Source of the DNA: Amphiscolops sp. MND2022
Lineage: Eukaryota
DNA: 64,000 nucleotides
NCBI GenBank assembly: GCA_964187785.1
Contig: OZ076409.1
Location: 96,598,001-96,662,000, forward strand
Direction: 5' to 3'
Made by a program: the position numbers and the translations under genes. The notes beneath the pieces are model-generated. The model searched no databases and was not told the DNA's origin. It was given only the letters and a program-made list of their open reading frames with translations. Position 1 is the first letter of the stretch; each line of letters begins with the position of its first letter. This document shows, piece by piece, positions 12,862-25,400 of this stretch.

Positions 12862-15800
12862 TCAAAGTCCCAGCATATCAATACTCAGACAGCTGAGAGA
12901 TCTAGCAATGGGCGACTTGATGAAGGAAGACGAGCCGAGCAGCTTCAGCAGTTCCAGCAGATAGCAATGACACTCGCGCAGAAACGAACGACGGGCACTG
13001 TCCTCAAATCCTCGTAGTGCCTTCATAATACTGGGCTCACTCTGAAGACACTCAGCTGCAGTTAGACTAGCCCAACTATTCAGAGGCATGTCGATATAAT
13101 CATACCAATTGTCAATAACTGGTAACTGGCTCAATTTCTTCACTTTGCTTAGCAGACTCCAGTAAAACAAACAACAGTCTGTAAAGCTCCTGCAGGCATA
13201 ATCTCTAATAGCAGAGTCAAACTGTTTCACACAATTGGCACAGCAACACAACATGCAAGAGTGCCAAACGGGGCAACCCAAGACGCTCGGAGCACAAGAG
13301 GGAGTCTAAGTCGACAACATTGACGCTTTTCTTCATTAACAAAACATCGTTAGAAAGGCACAACTTGATGTCAGCCCAGTTCTCCACTAATTCTAGAACC
13401 AAATCACATAGGGCATCAAAAGGAACAACACCGGTCTCAAGACACAAGCGAACACGGGGCAACTGCAGCAACCAACTTTGATGAGGAAATCTTCTCTGGC
13501 GTTGAATAAAATATTCTACGGTCGAAAATGGGTCCACTGAACCGACGCCCATAAATCTAGCCTCATGAATAAGCTGTCGAAGACACTCCTCATCAAACAC
13601 AACAGCGACAAACGGCAAAGGACGACCTATGGACCGGCACCAGTCACTGTAGGAGTTAAACAAGATCGGGGGACAACCTTGGATGATCCAGGCCCCCTAT
13701 CAGTAGCAACAAGGGACAACACTCGAGCAACGCACTGCATCTCGGCCTCACACGAGGCGGCTCCATGATCTTCATCAACCACGCATACTTCGCGCAGAGA
13801 GTCATCGGGACAGCAACGGACGGTAAACTTCACAACGGAGCATGAGGTCTGCAACGAAAAACCGAAAGGGCTGTCACCTAGCCATGACGTTAAATGACGA
13901 AGTACTCGAGGGTACAAAGTCTGGACTAATACCACTAGCGTTTCAGTCTTGCTCCACGAAGCTACAGCATAGGGACTGTCCACAGGCAGAGTCGTCCGAA
14001 ACTGGTTCCAGAAATGGCGAAGGAAACCTTGCGAGCCGCCCCTCTTCAGAAGCTGAAATAAACAGCCGACGAGTGTTAATAGAGGGACATTGGACGGGAC
14101 GCCAACCAATGCATTCACGTCATCCTCGACGAAATTGATCTTTTTGGCCAAGTTGACTGGCGGGGTAGCCTCGATTTCAGCACATTGTTCTACAGATAGT
14201 TCAGACACATGCGCTGCATCACGATTTTCGGTGTAAATAACATCCTCGTGATCATATCGGTATCGCCGGTCCTTGCGATAACGGCTCTTACATTTGAAAT
14301 GCCTCCAGATACCTCGAGGACAACGAAATAGGAAAGACACTTCTTTCTGACAGATGGCACAATTGAACCCATTTGGACTTTTGTCACTCCTGTGGCTCAC
14401 GAATAGCCTTGGAATTGAATCATTACTCATCGTTCTGATCAGAACATGCCTTTCAGACTGTTTTTTAACCCGTTCTTCATCCCGAGCCGAAGTCGTTCCT
14501 TTTTGGCCTCTAGTGGATCCACGACACGCCCGGGGTCACTGGCGTCGATCCCTTTTTGCTTCAGCAACTGAGACAATTCTTCAAACTCTAAACACAAGAA
14601 ATTCAATGTGTACACAAATCACCGAAAATGCAGTAACTAAAAATCCCAATAGATAACGGAAAATCCAACCTCAGTTAGGAAACAACAGTACAAACACAGT
14701 CAAACAGAACACACAACAACAGTTGATTACAAGAAAAAACTTACGTTTAACCAAGGCCTTGGTTTCCTTCAAAATTTCTATCCTTCCAGCACGGGCAGCA
14801 GCACACACTGGGCCGCGTACATCAACATCGGCGAAGCAGGGAGCACAGACTCCAAACCAACTAAACAAAAACACCAACAGGTAATAAAACAGAAAACCCA
14901 CATTTAACCTGAGAAGACATAATAAAACGAGGTTGTGAAACACAGACAAAGATAACCCGGACACTACAGAGTTAGATCGTACCATTTTCCCAAGCATTAT
15001 AGATGACGGAAGGTTCCACTCCGACGGCGGCACGTCCATGCTGGGTCCTTGAAAATTGCCCACCATCTTCTGGCAACATGGATGTGACTTCACTTTCCAC
15101 AGCAGGAGAATCCTGGGCTTGCTCACAAACAAAAACGTCACCCACCCCGAAGATTTGAACCCAGCTCCAGTCACAGGATCAGCGACTAGAATATAGCAAA
15201 TACAAAGTATTAAAAACAGTCAAACCATAGATAACAGAACCCCAACCAACAACCGACCCACATGCAACAAGAGAGAACATGGAAATACCTACTTTCAAGT
15301 GTTCGTGAAGCAGTGATGACAGGTGGCTCATAATTGTCCCCAGAACTGTCACGAAGAATAGGAGGCTGAGAAACTGATCCAGACACGGCATCTGACAATC
15401 GTACTCGACGAGCTGGACGAACACTTTCCACAGACAGCAAACAGCTAGCACGGCGCTTCTTCTTGCTCTGGGACTTCAGTTTAGAAGGGGGCACATAGTC
15501 TTCATCGTCCTCATTGCATTGTCACTCTCTATGAAAATAGAAGAAAAGGAACGCGGTCAAAATCACTAGAAACGGCTGGTCACCTATCAATTTTTAGAAA
15601 AGTTTACCTCCCTTGTTTGTCAAATAGTCCAGATCATGGCGCTCGTCTTTAGCAGCGAAATGATATGAGCCAGTCTCAACACAACTCTCGACGTCCTCAC
15701 CAACAGGGGCGTCACTCGTGTCTTTCTCACCAAATCCAGGAAAATTCGAAACATCAGCCCTGTCCGCATCCAACTCTGCACTCTCATCTACATCTTCACC

Positions 15801-15940
15801 TCCAATTTCATTTTCCTCACCACGAACCACAGACTCAACAACGGACTCCGCCTCTACTTCACTCTCCACAAATTCCGTACTACGACTGCGATGGAGAAGA
15901 GAACCATCTTCCTCAATTGAGCACTTTTCAACAATAAACT
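12862..15940 (-). pseudogene. Antisense, spliced accessory gene of the LTR element: acidic N-terminus, coiled coil, zinc finger and degenerate hAT-transposase-like body
   Basis: Minus-strand ORFs 15594-16001, 15210-15494, 13627-14430, 13217-13663 and 12862-13281 link through GT-AG introns (15607-15529, 15292-15186, 14744-14588) and single-base frameshifts. Motifs CAICQKEVS..IWRHFKCK, SWSKTET..LGDSPFGFSL, VENWADIK, FLRECH..SPIARSLSCL. The hAT identity is by eye. Confidence 0.65.
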
Positions 15941-16150
15941 GAAAGTAACAAATGACGTCAAATACCAAGATGTGGCGTAAAACTAATGGAAATATTAACA
16001 TTCGAAGTTTTCTACTATATAAGGAGAGTTATTCAGTCTGCCAGCTGAACAATTCACAGCTTAGCACAAACGGTGTGAACAAACTTCCTAAAGCGACACA
16101 AGTCAGTTGTACTGAAAATTGACTAATATTGAGCTCGCTATTGCAACTCA

Positions 16151-16747
16151 ATGAAGAATACAATTTTGAATTATCAAACAGACGATGACGTTTCTATTAT
16201 CGACCGAGACATGCCAGCACAGCCCAGCCAAAGGCCCAGTACACCGCCGCCTAATTACAAAATAATTATTCCACCGTGGATTAATATTACTTACGAGATT
16301 ATCAAGACGCAAGACCAACACGTAGTCTTAGTTCATGAAGAACCGCCTAATGACAAAACAAACGTGGAAAACGAAAATGGGACCATTAGACGGCTTACAC
16401 AGGACAACCCGGTCATTCCCGATGATACCTTCATAAGCCCAGACAGGCCTTATTTGTTTGACCGAGAAAAACCGGCCGTTCCTGAAGATGGTTTCGACAG
16501 TCCCATCAACTTTTACAGCAGCTCAGAGGGATATTGCTCTGGTAGCGACTGGGACACGGATTCCTCATGGTGGTCATACGATTCAATGAGAGACGACCTA
16601 TCAACGCTATTCGACACACCAATCCGCTCAATCTCCCAATTCCTCCTCCCAGAAGAGACAGCGCAAAGAAGCCGAGAACTGTCACAGCCCCAGCTGTGCT
16701 GTGAGAACTGCCACCAAATAAGCGCTGTCTATGGAGAAAGAAGATAG
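16151..16747 (+). CDS. Intact 198-aa accessory sense ORF of unknown function, ending inside the 3' LTR
   Basis: Uninterrupted ATG-TAG frame, Pro/Asp/Ser-rich, C-terminal CCENCH. Confidence 0.55.
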   Translation: MKNTILNYQTDDDVSIIDRDMPAQPSQRPSTPPPNYKIIIPPWINITYEIIKTQDQHVVLVHEEPPNDKTNVENENGTIRRLTQDNPVIPDDTFISPDRPYLFDREKPAVPEDGFDSPINFYSSSEGYCSGSDWDTDSSWWSYDSMRDDLSTLFDTPIRSISQFLLPEETAQRSRELSQPQLCCENCHQISAVYGERR

Positions 16748-18837
16748 GAGTAAGCGAAACAATCAACATATAACTGGTATGTGCTAATTTAATAATAATA
16801 AATTAAAATAACGGTGCTAACACATTTAAAGTAATAGTTAATAATATTAAGAACAAGATCGGAACTAATTTATACTAAATAATATATAGAAAGGAGCTAA
16901 AATAAAATAACAATATTTAAATAATACATACAAGTATATAAATATATACGTACTTATAGTATAACAATCAATATGGAACTATTGTGCAGTTAATCATGCT
17001 AATACAGTGCTATATAATTAATTATAACCAAACCACACCGCTCAGCAAGCGGCCTGAGAAAGCGAAGGCGGAACTACGGCCTGGCAGCCGGCCTTAATTT
17101 CTAACAGCGAGGCGTCGGCCTGGCGTGCGGCCTGAAATTGGAATACGCTGTACAATACTAATCAGCAATAAACGCGGTACCATTGAGTGCATATAAACTT
17201 GCCAAAGTGTTTTACATACAATTTAAACGATGCTATACATGTAATTGTGCTAATGATTAAATAATAGTGATGATTGTGCGAAGATCACATACCGCGGCCT
17301 GAAATCAAAGTACATAAAAGCCCATTGAATATGAATTCTGAGTCTGTCACCTAATACCATGAATGATAACAGTTTGTTGGATGAAATTTATACCATTATT
17401 AATCATGTAAATTGAGTTAAATGTTAAGACAGACCAGACTACGGCCTGGGGTTGAGTTTAGTTGATTCTATAGAAACTTGATGAGTATTAATACCACATG
17501 AAAGTATTTCAAACCAAACACAATGAAACCGCGACCTAATATACATGATTGTAAGCGATAATCGTTGATTGCATGTAATTTGTAACAATTTTATTTTTGT
17601 AACAATTTGATTTCTGAACGCAATAAACCATGGCCTAGACCCCGGCCCGGGAATAAATTCTTTAACCCGTGCTATTTAATCACTATTATTATCCCACACC
17701 ACCTTTCCAAGCCAATTTTCATTTAGGTTGATTAATCAACGTTACAAATAATGTTCCCGAGATGATTTATTCAATGTAAAATTTCGTTTGTTGCTACTTG
17801 ACCTTCGTTATGAGGAGTGATTTATTTTTTTCCTAATTGTTCCAGACCACAGCCTGGGACCAGGATTTTCTTATCTGTACCTGATTAGTGCTTTTACGCT
17901 CCATAAGTGAATTAACTTTTAAATCAATGTACAGTTCTGTTAATATAATCGTTATTTTGCGCAGTTCGAGCTGATTAATTTGGGATATTTTCATTGTTCC
18001 ATAAAATGATTGTCATTATTTTACTGTGATTCTTTCCATCTTTTGAGCGTGAATCATTGATTCATTGTACAATTTGCCGCTGAATTCAGCTTTGGCGTCC
18101 CAAAGAGGCGTGAATTGGAGGCGAAGGGAAGAGGAGTCACAACTCAGACAGGAAGTGGACGCGTGCTTTCCTTGGAAAGCATGAACAAACTGAGAGTCTG
18201 AGTTCGACAAAGCGGAACTGATTTTCCGGTTTCCTCGCCTTGGAGGGACGCCGGACTGAATGAAGTGTGAAAATGTTGTGGATTTTTGCCCGCTTCACGT
18301 GTGCAGAAGGTATATATACATGGAAAACTTAAACTAAGTTCAGCTGTAGTTAAAATTTTGTGAAACTTTTGTCATTTCGCTTTGATATTCAATAAAGATT
18401 GAAAAACGTCAATTTTTTTCCTACCAAGTAAAAATCTTGAGATAAAAATTCTTCAAACTCTACAATACTCGAGTAATCAAAAATGCCTGAAAGTTCTTCG
18501 AGGAGAAAAGCCAGGAGAGATTCCTTGACCAGTTCAATAGGTGAACCTGAATCTTCGAGCCTGAGAACAGAAAATATCCCCAGCATTTCGGATAGAGATT
18601 CCGCCGAAATATCTGAGAAAATTGAGAAATCTATCGGTAGGAGAGTTAAAGATACCGAAGCTGGATAAAGAGAAATTCTAAAAATGATTGGAAACCTGTC
18701 CTCGAATATAGACTCTCTGTCAGGACAAACGTCAAGTACCGTTGACCTAGATGCGGTAGAAAATCGCCCTGAGAGTCTGATACCTACCTCTAGACTGATC
18801 GAAGTGAACGAGTTGACCAGAGGAGAAGGTCATCACA
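16680..18837 (+). repeat. 3' LTR (2158 bp)
   Basis: Direct repeat of the 5' LTR; preceded by purine-rich AGAAGAGACAGCGCAAAGAAGCCGAGAAC, followed by TSD GTTAC. Confidence 0.93.
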
Positions 18838-19395
18838 GTTACAAGTTGGTTCACGTATTTTTCCTTACGAAGTCACGCATTCTTGTTGAAAACTCAACAG
18901 TTTCCTGTTTTGAGTCACGAAAAACGGTTAATTTTTATCATAAAAACAGTCAAAATGTGTGAAAAACCTTTTCGAACGAAAAACTGTTTCAATAGAAGTT
19001 AATCTCATGTTCTCTCGAATTCAACTATTTTGGAGTTTTTGTAAATTTCAAAAAAATTTTGATGGTGGGAGGAAACCAGAAATATGCCCTAGTAATAAAA
19101 TAAAATTAAAATAATGAAATAAAATTATAATTTATAATATTGGACTTCCTACTAGTAGGCCCAATAGCTTCGGGAAAAGTATTGTTTATATTGAAAAATA
19201 TTAGTCATGCATTTTGGGTCGCAAAAACGGGTCTAAAATTTCCGAGCCGTGCTACTGAGATCAGACTTTGTTTCATTTTGCTAGAGATAGTCTAGAGAAC
19301 AAACCAATGAAATAGTCTGACTCTTTCAAAAAGTCAAAATCCAACAAAAGTATCTATCTAAGAACAAATTTGTAATCATTCAGAATTTTACAAAC

Positions 19396-19655
19396 CTGAA
19401 CGAAGCCCAAATTTTTTCGCATTGACTCATTTTCTTCAATTTTGTCGAGAAATCCTTCCAAGCAACTGGAGCTGAGAATATAGGAAACATCGTCTTGGTC
19501 TTCAGGAGCCACTGTTATTAAAAAGAGGATGCGGAAATAGGTCACAACTTTGAGCGCCAACGGAGACTTCTCTTTCTTCATTTCTTGCTCAAATGAATCA
19601 GACTCAATCAGCTCTTGAATATCTTCCAAAATGTCCCCCAAGATATTCAACTCAC
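19396..19655 (-). CDS. Exon of host gene A
   Basis: CTGACTAG acceptor; open frame ELNILGDILEDIQEL...NLGFVQ; CAG|GTTTGT donor in phase 0, matching the 3537 exon. Confidence 0.5.
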
Positions 19656-19766
19656 CTAGTCAGGAATGTTGCACAAAAAAAATGTAAAAAAATGTTTCTG
19701 AGATTTAATGAAAACAAGTCAAATTCATGAATTATTTCCCGACAAACTGTTTTTTCCTAATTTTTA

Positions 19767-20369
19767 TTAGTCGGCGCTTTTAGAATAAAAGCCCGACTTT
19801 TACAGTCATTCGTTTTTTCTCGAATGCGACAATTTTTGTTCAATTTGTTCAACTAAACGTATGCCTGGGAAATGCATCTAAGTTATTGCAAACTCATCTA
19901 AGAAATTGTCCTTTCATTTTTACTACTTGAACGTAACATATAGAACCGAACGAGACAAAAGGTCTCCCCTTTCATTTTTTTCGGCACTGTGAGACTTTCT
20001 GTGGGAAATTTTTTGATATTTTGCAACAAACTGGAGTTTCTAAAAGCCGAAAGGGTATCCCCTTTTACATTTTTTCGGCGCTATGAGACTGTTTCAAAAC
20101 TGTCATTTTCCGTCCAAAATTAAGTTTTCTCAATATATACCCCCACAAATAGTTTTTTTTTCAATAATATTCAAAATTTTGAGGTAATATCCGGTGTAAA
20201 GCGCCATGTCCGAATTTTTGACATGATAACTGAACTTTATTGCGTTTTACTAAGTAGGAAGCGGAGGTTCGAAAACGCGATTTTTTGATGAAAACGTCCT
20301 ACGCAAATTTTAAAACTAAGCTGTTACAGCCTTAGATATAGCGCCGACTTTAGGCGTTTCCGTCTTGTT
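19767..20369 (+). mobile_element. H1 Helentron/DINE-like copy
   Basis: TTAGTCGGCGCTT ... AGCGCCGACTTTAGGCGTTTCCGTCTTGTT. Confidence 0.7.
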
Positions 20370-20664
20370 CAAACTAGTTTCTGTAGTTTCAGACCGAATG
20401 TCTAGCACGTAGAGTCTAGACTAGTTAGAATTTTAGCTCAACCAAACAAACGTTTAAATTAACCGCTGAGTCGGTTAACCGGCGTCACAATCATTCGCCA
20501 AAGAAACGCAATTTTGAGAGAAAAATGTTGCGTTGATTCAATCATTAAACTGAAATTCAATAGAATTTTCATTACAGAACGTTCCTTCCGCGAATTTTCA
20601 CCATGACCAAAATAAGACTGAACGTTCACAAAGTTCTAACTGAGCCAATAGTTGTAGCCTTTAT

Positions 20665-21337
20665 GGTTGGGCGACAATTCGTCCCAAGCGACAATTCGTC
20701 CCAAGCGACAATTCGTCCCAAGCGACAATTCGTCCCAAGCGACAATTCGTCCCAAGCGACAATTCGTCCCAAGCGACAATTCGTCCCAAGCGACAATTCG
20801 TCCCAAGCGACAATTCGTCCCAAATTCCAAAAAGCGACAATTTGTCCCAAGCGTCAATTCAACCCATTTTGAAAAGGCGACAATTCGTCCCATTTGTAAA
20901 AGGCGACAATTCGTCTCAAATTGTTTAATTGATCAGCTAATTACCATCCCTTTGAAGGTTGAAATGAAAGAAAAAAAACAAACCAACTACAAATGAATTC
21001 ATTCAACCACATGACAATAATTAGAAAATGTGGCATTTTAACGTACTAGTCGTGGAATGTTAAAATTAATTGTTGGTACTAGCCTCTAATTGTAATCTTT
21101 CCGGATTCATCATTACAAAGGTCTTTATTGGCAATTAAATTGAGGACAAAATGCAGCTTTTAATAATTGGGACGAATTTTCGCCTTTTCAAAATGCGACG
21201 AATTGTCGCTTGGGACGAATTGTCGCTTTTTGGAATTTGGGACGAATTGTCGCTTGGGACGAATCGTCGCTTGGGACGAATTGTCGCTTTTTGGAATTTG
21301 GGACGAATTGTCGCTTGGGACGAATCGTCGCTTTACG
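20665..21337. mobile_element. Foldback/MULE-like element with arms of 17-bp tandem repeats
   Basis: 9 perfect GCGACAATTCGTCCCAA units at 20671-20823; inverted array ~21165-21333; 9-bp TSD AGCCTTTAT (20656-20664, 21338-21346). Confidence 0.85.
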
Positions 21338-22206
21338 AGCCTTTATATGTATTTAGCTTCTTTCTCAGACAATCTTAGACAGCATGAGTTTAGCAGTTGG
21401 ACTCGGGTCTAACTTTTAGATTCTTTTTGCTTCAATCAGTTAAACTTTTTTAAACGATTATGAATTACTTATTTGGTTTAGCGGTTAAGTGGTCCACGTT
21501 CTACTATCACGATTTTCAGCACCGCTTTTACTTTCACTGCTGAAACAATGATTATTTCCTTTTTGCTGCGCGTTGATTTTTCGCCCGAATCATTCTGCAT
21601 TTTATAGATAGAAAACGAGACCTTCAGTAAAAGCGTTCAGGGATCATATTTTTCAACTAAAAAAGTTTCAAGTAAGTCTCAAAAGTTCATTAGTATTTTA
21701 CCCAATCTTTCGCAATGAAGCGAGAACAGATCCGGTAATTCCAAAGACCCGAAACAATTTCAATGCATGAACTTTGTGAAAGTGCAAATCCAGTGAGTTT
21801 AATTGAAAACATCCAAACTGAGTCTTGTTGCTTGAAAAACCTACTTGAAATAGCAAGCATGAGATATTAGCAAGACACATAATTTCTAGTTATGAGACGT
21901 GCTCCGAATGAAAGTTACTGCTTAAAATTTCATTGCACTAATATGAGCGAAGTCATTTTGGAAGGAGCGAGAACTTTACGCGATGATAAATAATGCGGAC
22001 AAAAAATTGTTCAAACCTAAGATTTGTTTGTAATTTTATTGGTGTATCCATCCTAATACACTAGGGTAACAAAAAGCTGAAGACACTTGATTCCAAATCT
22101 CAAATCGCTATAAGTTTCTTCATAATCAATAGACCCGAAAGTCATTGGATCAAAACTTTCTAAAATTTCAATCAGAATTACAGGGGGATTTTTTTCTTCT
22201 GAGCGC

Positions 22207-22396
22207 TGTGACATGACGTCACACTATGTACTAACTTACATACGTGCTAAAAATAGTAGTACTGACACTTTAGTACCAGTCAATAGTACTACCTTCTAAC
22301 ATACATATGCTGACCTATTCACTTAACATTTATACTTTGAATCGAATAGAAGCTTCAGCATTACAATCTTTTCGTTTGTATTCACGAGATACAACA
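22207..22396 (+). repeat. 5' LTR (190 bp)
   Basis: TGTGAC...ACAACA; repeated at 27915-28104. Confidence 0.95.
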
Positions 22397-22405
22397 TGGC
22401 GCAGT
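22397..22405 (+). promoter_or_regulatory. Primer-binding site (tRNA-Ser-like)
   Basis: TGGCGCAGT immediately after the LTR. Confidence 0.6.
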
Positions 22406-22412
22406 AAGCAAG

Positions 22413-25400
22413 ATGGAGAGTCAAAAATCATCAGAAAGCACCAGCTCATCAAGTGGAGAAATCCCTGAAAGAGCAAATACAAAAACAGAAAAAAAAACAT
22501 CAAAAAATTACGTTTCCAACGTTCGAGAAACGAGGAATACAAGAGGCAAAATTATGGTGAAGAAGGTTTACCCAGTATATAAAGATGACGCAAAACATCG
22601 ACCTCAACGAAATGACAACAGACCGCGAAATATTGCAAAACTAAAGAGACGATCTGGAACGCCGAATCAAAGATATATTTATATGGGCATTGGGCGAGTC
22701 AGCGATAACGGAAATGACAAGAACCGTTAGGGACAATGATCCAAACAAAATGGACATTAACCAATTATATTCGCTGTTCCGGTTACAATTCATACCGGAA
22801 CGAAACAAATTCCACAGCAGAGCAGATTTTTTTGGGATAACCAGAGAAAAACATGAAACAGCAGAAGACGTGTGGACCAGAATATTACAAGTGGAAAAGA
22901 ATTGCGAGTTCGAGAATGTGACACCAGCCGAAATAATAGCCTCAAAAACTCTTTCTGTAATCGGACGGTCAATCGGTGACTACGAATTAAAGAAGAAAAT
23001 TAGAAAGAGTGACATGACCATAGAAACTATAACAGCATTAATACACGAGCACATGTACGACCGATTGAATGAATTGAACAATTCGAACGATGGAAAGGAA
23101 ATTAAACACGTATAGGAACGACCATACAAAAGAAAGTGGACAGACAAAACCGATCAAGATAAATCGAAAAGACGACCGGAAAATCAAAGATACAAACAAA
23201 GAGACAACCGGTGCGGACAATGGGGCGCACCAAAATGGACAAGACAACACATGTGCCCGGCGAAAATGGCCGAATGCAGAAATTGCAAAAGAAGAGGACA
23301 TTATGAGAAAATGTGCAGATCCACGAAAAGAGTCCATTACATCATCAGCAGCAGAAGAAGACATCTGGGATTACAATAGAATCCAAAGAATAAACGACAA
23401 CAAACAAAAGAAAGACTTCTACAATGCAACACTATTGGTCAACAACGTACCAATAAAATTCATTATAGACAGCGGCTCACCAGTGACAATAATTCCGGAG
23501 TGTCTATTCAACGATAAAACAATTAAACCACCCAAGACCTCTTACAAAGATGTAAATATTCAAAGGATCGAATTTACTAGACACACGAATGCACTGGTAA
23601 AAACAAATAAAGAAACGATCGAATTACCACTACTAATTACGAAAGCAAAAAACATCACCACTGACGGGACTGGACTGGATGCAACGGTAAAAAATTATCC
23701 TGAGCTCAAATAACGAAGCAATCCAAATCCACAACATAAAACTAGACAACACGGACAAGAAAATAATAAAAATCCAGAACGACTTCAAAGACTTATTCTA
23801 CAACAACAAAGAGATAAAAAATCTCTCAGTCAAAGTACAGCCCAAAGAAGGGGCACGAATAATACAACAAAAAGGAAGACCAATTCCAATACACCTACAA
23901 GACCAAGTGGCACTAGAACTAAAGCGACTTATCAAACACGGATATCTAGAAAGAGCAACGGAAATCACCGAAGATTGTTTTCCGAGCCCCACAGTGATTA
24001 CAGTGAAAAAAGACAAATCAGTAAAGATTGCTCTCGACTCCAGAAAACTCAACGAAGTTACAATAAAAAGAAAGGCTCAGATGCCAAATATGGAAGAGCT
24101 AATCTCACGAATATCAAGAAAGATATCTGAAGGAAAAGAAGGCGAAATTTTGGCAACAAAATTAGATTTCGACTACGCGTATGGTCAGATTAAATTGGAC
24201 GAAAATACAAAGAACCTTTGTATATTCACTGTAACAGGAGGAGACTTTACTGGACACTATCGTTTCTTGAAAGGATTTTACGGACTGGCCGATATACCAA
24301 AAATTTTCCAAGAACGGATAGACACAACACTTGAACACAAACACCCGGCATGATTAGACGATATTATTATAGTTACCAAAGGAAGCATAGACGAACACGA
24401 ACGGAAGTTCGGGAGAAAATGAAGAAATTGGAACAAGCCGGCTATAGACTAAACCCAAAAAAGTGCGAATTTTTCAAAAAAGAAATCAAATGGGTTGGAC
24501 ACAAAATCGACCAACAAGGAATACGACCACTACAAGATAAACTAGAAGCCATTACAAAAATCAATATTCCTAAAAACGAAAAAAAACTAAAATCATTCCT
24601 GGGAGCAATACAATATTTCTCGAAGTACATCGAAAACTTGTCAGCGAACACAGACGTACTAAAAAAAGTACTGAAGAAACAAAACGAATGGATTTGGACA
24701 GATGAACATACAAAAGCATTCAACAAACTAAAAGAAGGTGTAATTAAAATACCATGCCTGGCACATTATAACGCACAAAACGAAAATATAATCACCACAG
24801 ATGCCAGTACAAAAAGACTGGGGGCAACGTTATAGCAAAAACAAAAAGACGGAAACTTAAAACCAGTCGGATTCGCAAGCAGACATTTATCGGATACAGA
24901 AAAGAAATACACGATAAACGAATTAGAACTACTGGCAGTTGTGTGGGGATTGGAGCATTTCCGACTATACATATACGGAAAGCCAAAAGAAATAGTAACA
25001 GACCATCAAGCGCTGGAACCACTAATCAAAAGAATCGAACGAACAAAACATATAGCGCTTAGACTGACAAGATGGTTAGACCGTTTGGCTCATTTTCATA
25101 TAAACACCAAACATATCGCCGGAAACTTTTTAGCACTAACCAATTATATGAGCAAAAATCCAATTTCAAAGCAGAGCTGATTGAAAACTACGACGAAGAA
25201 TATGTAATTAATTGCATAATGCCCTTACTTGAGTTCATCAAGAATTATGGCAGCGTCGCCAGTCAAAAACAATCAGAAGCGCGAACTGGTCAAAATGTAC
25301 AGCGTGAACAAACCATCAACCAATCAGAGCTAAGCAGACCAAACAAACCGAAGCCAAAAAGGAACAAACCAAACAAACGCAGTTTATCGCTACCACATTT

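Larger units (their letters stand above)
4233..18837 (+). mobile_element. Ty3/gypsy LTR retrotransposon (14.6 kb, decayed) with a large accessory region
   Basis: TG...CA LTRs 4233-6445 and 16680-18837; 5-bp TSD GATAC/GTTAC; gag CCHC knuckles, then PR-RT-RH-IN order. Confidence 0.95.

Noticed and set aside
12862..15940. Simple nested hAT transposon insertion
   Set aside because: No TIR pair or 8-bp TSD found and catalytic motifs look remodelled. Disfavoured, but not excluded without other copies.
12862..16747. env gene in the accessory region
   Set aside because: No signal peptide, furin site plus fusion peptide, or transmembrane anchor seen; the main coding strand is antisense.
18483..18962. 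Independent duplicated gene
   Set aside because: It is the 3' LTR copy of the gag N-terminal frame.
20603..21412. CRISPR array or repeat-protein ORFs
   Set aside because: The 17-bp units abut with no spacers, form inverted arms with a TSD, and the context is eukaryotic.
21698..21880. Additional exon of gene A
   Set aside because: Splice-like ends exist, but I could not make the phases agree with neighbouring exons.
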